Below are positions 25,101 to 36,802 of a DNA stretch of 64,000 bases, in pieces. The position numbers and the translations under genes were made by a program. Positions within the stretch are counted from its first letter, which is position 1, and every line of letters begins with the position of its first letter. The stretch spans positions 153,264,001 to 153,328,000 of the forward strand of contig OZ024741.1 of the NCBI GenBank assembly GCA_964016885.1, read 5' to 3'. This DNA comes from Eledone cirrhosa (Eukaryota). The notes below the pieces were generated by a model. The model worked only from the letters and a program-made list of their open reading frames with translations. It ran no database searches and was not told the DNA's origin.

Positions 25101-28100
25101 GCTTGAATTTCAATTCTGCCAAAACTAAAAGACTATAAAAACATCACTTTATATTGAGTTTTGAGGTCTATAGCTATGATTAAGTACTGACTTTGTCTGT
25201 AACAACTATATATCCCTTGCTACCAGGGAAAATGGAAGTTAAATGATGATGAAATGAAGGTGGTGGTGATGATGATGGTGATAGTGGTGGTGTTGGTGAT
25301 GATGATGATGATAGTGGTGGTGGTGAAGGTATAAAAAGGTTATAAGAAAAGCCTTACCAGGAAGGTGTGTCCCAATTGAAAGTACATTTTATCAATGAGG
25401 TGAGGGATGCTGCAAAAGATTGTTGCATCTTGTTAGCTGAATCTCTGACCAGTTTATCTGTTGGGCACAATGTCTGACATTTCCAAACATTGAGGGCATG
25501 CCATAAGGGAGCACTAAGTTCATGCATACTCTTACTCACCCAGGAATTGTGACGAGAAGGGCAACGGGTTTCAGGTGAGGAGGATTCCCTTTGGGTTTTA
25601 CTTGGCTAAAATATATGTAATAAAGGTAAAAAAGTTACTAACACTGCAGCCATCACCACCACCATCAACAACAGTGCAAATAATTATTTCTAACATTAGC
25701 ACAATTTGAAGAAAAGGAAAAGTTAATTATATCAACCTCAGTACTTAATGGGTACATTATTTTATTGACACTAGAAGGACGAAAGGCAGAGTAGACCTCA
25801 GCTGGATTTGAACTCAGCAACAGTAATTAATAATAATAATAATAATAATGAAATTATTGTGTACAGTGCTCAGGTGCACTACAACTCATCAAAGGTGCAT
25901 TTATAGTACATAGAATAATGTACAAATGTCAGGAAAATAAACAGTGTATGAGTCATGATATAATAACAATAACGAAATATTGTGCACAGTGCCCAGGTGC
26001 ACCACAACTCATCAAAAAAGTGCATGTACAGTACATAGGGCAATGCACAAACATCAGTAAAATGAACAGTGCACGAGTCATGATACACACATGTGTGCAT
26101 GTGTATGGAAGGGGTACATCAGGTGTAGTTTTGGCGTATTTTGGGAAGCATGAGTGTCTTAAAGGATGCAGTGTCTCGGCAGCTAACAATTGACGCAGGC
26201 AGTTTGTTCCATGCTTCAGCAACTCTGAGCGTGAAAAAATGTCTGCGAAAGTCATGGGAGCTGTGCTGTTTTCTTATCTTGTAGGCATGTCCACGTGTGT
26301 TAGACACATGGAGATCAAAGAGGCGCTCAGGGTTGCAGTTGGCGAGATGGTTAAAAACTTTGTGGGTATTCACCAAGTCCATTGCCAGACGTCGGAGCTT
26401 CAATGAATCCATGCCCAGGGAAGCAAGGCGTTCAGAGTATGGTAGGTTTCTGATGGAGGGTATGCGCTTGGTTGCACGTCTCTGAACAGTTTCCAGGAGG
26501 TCAATGTTCCGAGCAAGATAGGGGTTCCAGACTGATGATGCGAATTCCAAGTGTGGTCGCACCATAGCTGTATACAGTTTTAAATAGATGGCTGGAGAGC
26601 GGCTAACAAAGGTCTTGCTGAGTGATGCCAAGACACCCTCGGCCTTCTTGACAATCTTAGAGACATGCTTTGTCCAACGCAAATCGTTGCTGACAGTAAT
26701 GCCCAGGTCACGTTCACAAGAGGACTTTTTGATGTCAGTGTTGTGGAGGGAGTATGTGGACGCTGGATTTTTCCTTCCAAAATGCATGGTGGTACACTTG
26801 TCCACAGCCAGCTTCAGTTGCCAGTCTGTGATCCATTGCTGCATTGTGTCCAGGTCTGATTGTAGGAAAGAGTTGTAAATTTCAGGATCAGTCCTTTTGA
26901 TTTCAAGGTACAGCTTGATGTCATCTGCATATTTTAGTACCGTGGCATTCTGTAAGTTGGCATCTATGTCATTAATATATGCCACAAACAAAAGAGGACC
27001 AAGAACAGATCCCTGTGGTACACCAGATGACATCTCATATGGTGAAGAATGCTGTCCTAGAACCGTGACTACTTCCTTTCGGCTGAGAATGAAGGATTTC
27101 AGCCAGTCGAAAAGATCATCCCTCACACCCATTGCAGAGAGTTTTGCCATAAGTCTTTTGTGTGGCACAGAATTAAAAGCCTTAGCAAAGTCAAGGTAAA
27201 CAACATCCACCCATGAGCCGCTGTCAGTGATCCGGGTGATGTCCTCAAGAAACTCGATAAGCTGATCACAGCAGCTGGAGTTAGGGATAAATCCAAACTG
27301 TGAGGGCCGGATGAGGCTGTGAGAGCTCCAGAAGTTCCAAAGTGTTTCTCTGACACAGGATTCCATCAGTTTGGCCATACAGCTAGTAAGACTGACTGGA
27401 CGATAGTTGACAGGTGACATGCGGTTGCCCTTTTTGAACAGGGGAATGACACTGGCAGTTTTCCACTGCTCCGGAGTAGCACCATTGCTGAGACAGTATT
27501 GAAAGAAAAAAGAAAGCTGGCGCAAAAGGAAATCCCTGCCACGTTTGAGAAGCAGGTATGTCACACCATCAAGACCAGGGGAGGCATAGTTGCGCTTATT
27601 CTTAAGGTGACGTCGCAACATTGCAGGTGTAAATTCCATAGTTGTTATGGAATTTGATGTTAGAGATGGTGGAGATGGTACATTCTGGTCTTCAACAGTA
27701 AAAATACTTGCATAGCACTCAGCAATGAGTTCTGCGCATTCCTTGGGATCGTCAGTGATCTGGCTTGTGTGGGGATTGCGAAGAGGACCAACTGGAGAGT
27801 GAGGTCTCTGCTTTGAATGAACATATTTCCAGAACACCTTACTGTCAGGATTGGTTGCGATGCACTGTTCAAATTCAAGCACTGCCTTCTTTGTCACTTG
27901 CTTGAGATGGTTAGAAGATTTATTCCGCTTTTTTCTGTTGGCATCTGATCTATGCAGTTTATATTCCCGTTCAGCATTCCGACGTTCTTTCCTGGCAAGT
28001 CGGACCGAACATATTTTGACATATGTTTAACTCTTTTGATACTAAATCCCCTGAAATTGCTCTTAGTTCTAAACACAATTGTTTATCTTAAAATTTTCTA

Positions 28101-31100
28101 TTTATCTAAAAACTTTCCATCATAATTTCATATAAGAACCTTTGTTAGGTTATGATCCAAATACGAGCTAAATAATGAAGAAAGTTAGTTATACAGGTAA
28201 AATTCCATTATAACGAATTTTGCAGTATAACAACATTTTTTTCAATCCTTGGCCACAAGCTCGATGTGTTTCAGTTGATCTTATTATAAAGAATTTTTTG
28301 TTACAATGGATTTTTTTTATACCCTGTGAATTTTGTTATAATGGAATTTCACTGTATTACAAAATCCCTCTAAATTCTTAATTTTCAAAATTATTTAAAA
28401 ATCATAGACAGTGTCTTTCATTAGAAATATGGTAACAAAAAAGTTAAAACATAGTGACAATGTTTCAGTCAATTATATAAGATCTTGGTTTCAATTCCAC
28501 TATGGGTTATCATGGGCTAGTGTTTTTACCGTAACCTCAATACAACTCAAGCTGTGAGGATGAAATTGAGTAGATAGAAACTATTTGGAAGCCTATTAGC
28601 TAGACTGTACAAAGGGGCCAGCTTTGTCACCCCATTCTTCCTGAGAATCACATTAAGGGTATACCAGTATGGAAACCGGACGTAAAACAGTGATAATGAT
28701 AATTGTTTCTACTTTTGGCAGAAGGCCAGCAATTACCCAAGTGTATTACTAGTACTCTATTTTATCGACCCCGTAAGGATGAAAGGCAAAGTTAATCTCG
28801 GCGGGATTTGAACTCAGAACATAAAGGGCCATAACTCTCTGCTGCAAAGCATGGTGTCTGATGCTCTACCGATACTACCAATGATGATGATGATACTTGT
28901 GGAATTATTCAGTCATTTACACTAATATACAAGATGGTCTGTACCTGTAATTCAAAGGATCGGTTTTGTCAGGCAGTGATTCACATCACATTTAATCTCC
29001 CTGAAAATTATGTTAAGGGTCCACATGTCTGAGAAATAGCAAGCTATTTACATTCTAACACAAGGTTGATCATACTTGTAATTCAAAGGATCAGCCTTGT
29101 CAAACACTGTGTCACATTGAATTTCCCTGATAATATTAAAGTACACATATCAGTGAAATACTCAGACACTTATACGTCAGTTTAATGAATAGGCCATGCT
29201 GTTAATCAAACATTATTAAAACTGATGTAGGTCTATTTATCTTTTATTTTTTAATCATGTTCTGGCTTTATTGAAACAACAATCAACATCTTATAGAAGT
29301 AAAATATAAAAAATCACATTATGCTAAGGAGTCCCTGGGCACTGATTGCTATTTTTTTAGAAGACTTTAAACCTGTAATTAGCAGTGTAAATATCCGAAG
29401 GACTTAAGAAGCATTGTGAAAATTTAAAATTTGAAATGTAGCCATCCCTACACAAATGACTATAATAATAGCCAAATGCTATAAATAATATGCTGATATG
29501 AACATGTGATGCACATCGATGATGATTGCTGGGTGAAGAAGTGTCAAGAAATCCCAGTGGAAGGAAGCCACAGTAGAGGAAGACCAAGCAAGGCCTGGGC
29601 AGAAATAGTGAGAGGTGATCTCAAATTGCTGAAGCTCACAGAAGAGATGACAAAAGATCACAAGTGGAGAGATACTGTACTGAAAAAGACCCATCTAACC
29701 TATGGAAGCATGGAAAAGCAGGCTTAAAATGATGCTGATGAAAATTTGGTGAAGTACCTCTGAAGATAGAAAAAAGTGGATAAGATTGCCTGTGAGGAAA
29801 TGAACCCTGAATCTCTTGGATGCTGAGTGAGTGTGTTAACCATTATGCTAAGGAGCCACGTGACCTGGGCATTACGGTCAGCAGCGATTTGCGTTGGACG
29901 AGGCACGTCTCTAAAATTGTCAAGAGGGCCGAGGGTGTCTTAGCATCACTCAGCAAGACCTTTGTCAGCCGCTCTCCAGATATCTATTTAAGGCTGTATA
30001 CAGCTATGGTGCGACCACACTTAGAATTTGCATCACCAATCTGGAACCCCTATCTTGTTCAGGACATTGACCGCCTGGAAACTGTTCAGAGACGTGCAAC
30101 CAAGCGAATACCCTCCATCAGGCATCTACCATACTCTGAGCGCCTTGCTTCCCTGGGCATGGATTCATTGAAGCTCCGACGCCTGGCAACTGACTTGGTA
30201 AACACCCACAAAATTGTTAACCATGTTGCCAACAACAACCCTGAGTACCTTTTTGATTTCCATGCGTCTAACACACGTGGACATACCCACAAAGTAAGAA
30301 AACAGCACAGTTCCCATGACTTTCGGAAACATTTTTTCACGCTCAGAGTTGCTGAAGCATGGAACAAACTACCTGCATCAGTTGTTAGCTGTCGAGACAC
30401 TGCATCCTTTAAAGCCTCCATGCTTCCCGAGATCCGCCAACACTACAACTAACACATACACACATGTACTTCCCTGACATTTGTGTATTATTCTATGTAC
30501 TATATTGACGAGTTGTGGTGCACCTGAGCACTTTACACAATAATTTCATTATTATTATTCATTAGTATAGCAGAAAGTGTGATCATCCACATGACTTAAG
30601 AAGAATTGGAAAAATTTGAGATTTGAAATGTAGTCATCCTAACATAAGGCTTAAATCTTCTAAAAAATGGCAATCAGTTGCCTGGAACTCCTTAGCATAG
30701 TGTTTAATGCAAGTTCAATTCCTCCAGAGCACCTCTGTCTACTTTGTTTTCCATCTCTAGGGATACTTTACACAATTTTCACAATTATCATAATAATCAA
30801 CTATCATTGCAGTCATTTGTGTTGGGATGACTACATTTAAAAAATTTTGCATTTTCCAAATGCTTCTTTAGTCAACTGGATGCTTATAAAGAAAAAAAAA
30901 CATTAAATAAAAATATTTACAGTAACTGGTGGTAGTAAATATGTTCTGAAATAATGAGACGATGATCGATGAAGCTCATCATTTTCAAAGTCATCATCAA
31001 CAAATATGATGGCAGCTACTTGTAGGATAAATCTAAACAACAGTTGAGCATCTGGGTGTTTGCAGTAAAAGGAATCATATTCAGAAAGACCTGAAAATAA

Positions 31101-34100
31101 AAAGACTTCTGTAAATTGCAGAACCATTTTAGAGAGATATTAGTTTCTACATTGCTCATGAGTTTCAGCGTTTTTACATGTGTTGTGATGAAGATTTTTA
31201 GATATTACACCCACATCAGAGGTGTTAGATAGTCATGGAATGAACACATGCAGAAAGTGAATGAGGACCAATAGAAGAAGCTAGCCAGTTCCCTCGTCAC
31301 CTTCCTCATCATTTAATATCCCCTTTCTCTGCTAGCAAGGTTGGCCAGTTTATTATACAAAAAATAAATACAGTGAAGATACAGAGAGGAAGTTGAGCCA
31401 CAGGCACACTTAAGGAAAAAAGCTCTCAGTACATGCTATTAGGGGTTAGCATTATGAAGGGCATCGAAGCCCAAGACGGATCATATGAGCAAGACATGAT
31501 CACTGACCTGTCTAGCTCCAAAATGTGACAACGTGTCTAAGCCATGCCAGCATCAAACATTAAATGGTGGTGATGATGATGATTTTTTCCATTCAAGCAT
31601 AGGTTGGACAAGATTCTTTTTCCATGGTAGTATGTAATGGATGAGAATGTTTTAGCATGGTAGCATGGGTTGGATGAGAATTTATGACTGGATGCCTGTC
31701 CTGATGACAATTCTTATTTGTTTTTTAAGTACGTGCACATAATTTAACAATAAAGTTTCTGACATACAATTAGCCCAAAACTGCACAGGGTCTATGAAAC
31801 AAAACCACCCATTTTAAAGGGTTCCTATTTAAATTAAAATATTTCAACATAATTTGATATCAGAACTTTTTAAAGTTATATCACAAATACCATGTTTAGA
31901 AGGAAATAATAATTTTAGCAAATACTTCAACACTTTTCATAAATTAATTCAAACACAGTTTATTTCATTAGGGACAAGAGCCAAGTTTATTTCACTAGGA
32001 CAAGGGCCAAGTAGTATTAAACCAGACAACAGATTAAGTCTACCACTCAAGGAGGGTCAGGTGACTGTATTAAACCAGGTAACAGATTAAGTCTACCACC
32101 AGTGTAATCCAATAGAAACCATTGAAACATCATCATAAGTTGAAACTCTCTCATTTACATTTAATGTATTGCCTTGTAAAGATGCAGGCATGGCCAAATC
32201 ATGAAGAAGTTCGCTTCACAGCCATTAAGTTCCAGGTATGACCCCACAACATGACATCTTAGGCATTCCTGAGAATTATGTTAAGGGTACACATATCTGT
32301 GGAATACTCAACCACTTACATGTTAATTTCATGAATAGGCTATTTCATTGATCAAATGGAAAACTTATTACCAAATCTAACAGAGATCTATGTACCTTTA
32401 CTATAATCACGTAATCAAATATTGGAAGGCTCATTGGAATATACAGTTAAATAATATACTCACTAGTAACAATGATATAATAATGTCTCTAGTATTAGTA
32501 GGTTCACTGGAGATGTAAAGTTAAACAATATACTTGTTAGTAGAAATATCATATAACTGTTTCTACTTTTGGCACAAGGCCAGCAATTACCCCAGTGCAT
32601 TACTGGTGCTTTATTTTATCGACCCCGTGAGGACGAAAGGCAAAGTTAAACTCGGTGGGATTTGAACTCAGACTGAAAAGGGACGTAACTCTATGCTACA
32701 AAGTATGGCGTCCGACTCTCTACCGATACTGCCAATCCACTGCCTTTTATAATAATTGTTTCTACTTTTGGCACAAGGCCAGGAATTACTCAGTACATTA
32801 TTGGTACTTTATTTTATCGACCCCGTAAAATAAAGTACCAGAAATGTACTGGGTAATTGCAGGCCTTGTGCCAAAAGTAGAAACAATTATTATAAAAGGC
32901 AGTGGATTGGCAGTATCGGTAGAGAGTCGGACGCCATGCTTTGCTTTATAATAATTGTTTCTACTATTGACACAAGGCCAGCAATTACCCAGTACATTAC
33001 TGGTACTTTATTTTATCGACCCTGTAAGGATGAAAGGCAAAGTTAACCTCGGCGGGATTTGAACTCAGAATGCGTATCTAGTATTAGTAAGCATAAGGTC
33101 AACCAAATATTCACAAATAACGTAACAATCTACTAATACATATATGTTTTAGTACGTCACGCAGAGGGAAGTAACTCATCTATGTTTCAGTATTAATATT
33201 AATACATACATTACATAAACATTATACAAAATAATAATTACATACACACAGCTATGTGATGAGCGTGGAAGGAAGGGGGCTGTGACAAACTAGAGAAAAC
33301 AGAGAACAGCGTTCGCTACACCTGTGTTACTCATACATATAAATGTATACATATGCACACACACACACACATATATACTCACACGTGTGCATGTAATATT
33401 ATTTTCTCTTGAGTCTGTTTATGTGTATATTTGTGTAGGTGTGTGTATGTAATAATTATTTTTAACTAGAGTTCTTAGATTGGCTACACTTTTGTGAGTG
33501 TATGTGTGTGAGTGTTTGTGTGTACGTGTTGTCCAAGGAACCAAGTCCCTAGCAATATTGAAATAAATTAGAAGTATAAAGAATATAAAACGACCACAGT
33601 TGAAAGGTATATACAAATACACATCTACCCTTTAGCCGTCATTTTTTATGGCACGGGGCCAGCTAGTGTTATAATAATGTTTCTAATATCTGTAGGTTCA
33701 CTGGAGATATGAAGTTAAATAATATACTCACTAGTATAGTAAGAATGTAATTTTTTCTTCATTGGTTGACATCTATCAAGTTGGTTGGCCATTTTATGGT
33801 AGTATAACCGCATGAAGATAAGCTGACATACCTAGTAATACAAATATATATTTTACTAGGTTATGATGATGTTGATGTTAGCATTGATCATCATCACTAC
33901 AACTGTATCATTAATGTTATTCTCATTCACAAGGTCTTTGTCATTGCTTATATCATCAACACAATCACCATCACCACCATCATCCCTATCACCACCCCCG
34001 CAATTACCATTGTCATCATCATCATCACAACTATCATTACCACTGTCATCATCACAACTATCATTACCACTGTCATCACCAGCACTGTCATCACCACCAT

Positions 34101-36737
34101 CATCATCACCACCATCATCACCATCACAATCAATCTTTAAGCTACCTTCAATTGTTTCATGTGTGTTTCTCTGATGAAAGACTGTTGAGCAGAGTGTTTG
34201 TTCAGTTGTGAGGCCAGGCTGTATGCCATCATCAGTAAGACTGATACATGATTGCAGTCAACAGAAACATTTTTCAGGGACATCAGTAAAAGGTCCAAAC
34301 TCTCTGAAAATGACAAACAGGTCAACAACAATTTAATCAGTTTTTCCATCACTAGACACAGAGAAGAACAATATTGATTTCTAGCTTTGGTACAAAGACA
34401 CTTAGTTTAACCCTTTTGTTACAATATTTATAATAAAAAACACTGTCTATGATTTTCAAACAATTCTGAAAATAATCAATGATTTAGTAATATAACTATG
34501 TTATTATTAAGCTGGTGTTTGGAACATAACTTAACAAAGGTTCTTAATGAAATTATGATCGAAAGTGTTTAGATAATTATAAACACTTGAACTCTTTTGT
34601 TACCACATTTTTAATGAAAGAAATCGCCAATGATTTTCAAATAATTTTGAAAATAATCATCAATTTGGAGATATTTAGTAACATAATTAACTTTCTCCTT
34701 ATAAAACTTGTGTTTAGAACATAATAAAAGTTAAAATTATGATGGAAAGGTTTTAGATAAATATAGGCACTTTAAAACAAGCAATTTTTTCTCCATAGAA
34801 TAGAGCAGCTTCATGTAGCTTAGTATCAATCTAAACTATAATAAAGGGAGGAGCACGGGACTGCGTACAGTTTATAAATTTTTATGCCATTAGTAAAATA
34901 AGTTGGATTACTTTGAATAAATAATGAATGAATATTACATAATTTATCTACTAAATTTCGTGGCTATTGATTAAATATATTTTGTTTATTTAAAGATTCA
35001 CTTCTTTAAAATTTCTGAAATGTCAACACTTCCGGTTGGCGATCGCTTAAATAAACATACTAATTTTCTCCTAATGCAGTTTATATATAATATCATCTTT
35101 TTTTAATGTATCATGGATTACGTTACTGATTACATAAAACAGTATAAAGTAGTCTATTCGCTCAATTTCTATGTATTATATATTGTCAATTATGATTTTA
35201 TTTGATGTATTATATCTACATGTATATATACTTGCGTATAATATCAATATACACACTACACATGCTAGCAGAAAACCACCCGCAGGGTGGTTTTTCTGCT
35301 AGTAGAGTTAAAGAAAATAAACTGACCAAAAGCAGAACAAATAATAATGAAGAATTTTTTAACCTAAAAAATTTATCTGTTGGAATCTCCAATATATCCT
35401 CTGGAATCCTGAAATTTTCCTATGGGAAGAAATTGTTTCTGCTAGATTTATAGTCATTATTGCTGATTTTCATTGTTTGAACAACAGACAACCTGCTTAT
35501 GAAATTAACGTGCAAGTGACTGAATATTCCACAGACACGTGTAACCGTAACATAATTTTCAGGAAGATTCAGTGGGATACAGTGTGTGATAAGGCTGACT
35601 TTTTGAATTACAGGTACAGTTGATTCAACGGGCTTCAAAACAGTTTCACTCTACCCAATTTTACTGACAAGGTTTGGGTCAACCCAAGACTATAGCAAAT
35701 CACATTTTCCAGAGGTGTCATACAGTGGGATAGCCCCTAGGACCTAAACCATGCTGTGTCCATAAAGAACAGTAGTACTCAGTTGGGGAAAGCTTGTAAC
35801 ACCAAAAATCGAAGCTATTAGTCAAGGGACAGAACTCTGCTTGTGTTAGTTTGCTTAGCTAAGAAATATATGAATATTACGAAATATTTCCATTTTTATT
35901 TTATAGTTATATGGTAACTGCAGTAAGACTTCTATTAATATGTAAACGTTAATACTTGGGGCTTAAACATAGGAACCCCATTTTAAAGTAGGCGGGGGGG
36001 GGGGTTAAAACATCGGACTAGACGCCTTGTGTTTGTTACAACTCTTTACATTCTGATTTTAAATCCAGCATGGGCCTACTTAGGTGGTAGATTTAATCAG
36101 TTGCCAAGTTTAACACGACCACTGGCCCTTAAATACCTTTTAATGGAGTAAACTTTGCTGTAAGTATTTGGACCAAGTTTCCTGTATGAGGCTACTTCCC
36201 TCCTTCCCTTCCTCCTAAAGTTATGAGCATTGGACTGCCCTTCCTAACTAAACAGTAAACAAAAAGAAAAATGTGAAATTTATCTGCCATATAAAGCTAC
36301 ATATGGAAGCAAAACTGAAGCCTCTGACCAGTCTGGGAGGTCAGTAGCTCCACTTGAGTATTGACTAGGTTAGTGATGACCAATTCAGCCTTTGCTAGCA
36401 GGGAAAACGGATATGAAAGGATGATAATTTATCTGCCGTATAAAATATGCCCTTTTGTAGGCGCTCCAACACTGGTGAAGAAAAGAAGGAAGAAGCTACG
36501 ACTGACAGTAAGAAACAGTGTATCATGATATCAAGTTATCTTCAGACCAAAGACCTCATCTAATGATGTTGTTACAGCTCATATCTATGTAGGTTTAGTT
36601 AGCCTCCTATGAGGTGTGCATCTCATAAGAGGTTTCTTGGGTGTTTTAGTGTTAAAGGTTCTAGTCTTATCATTTTATATATGAGTGTATGATGCTCTCT
36701 TTCTGGTGAGATAACTGCAGAAATACTTGGCTAAGAG

Positions 36738-36802
<65 letters not shown>

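Noticed and set aside
33863-34174. Ser/Pro-rich and Met/Val-rich ORFs
   Set aside because: (CAT/CAC)n low complexity within a TMEM232 intron
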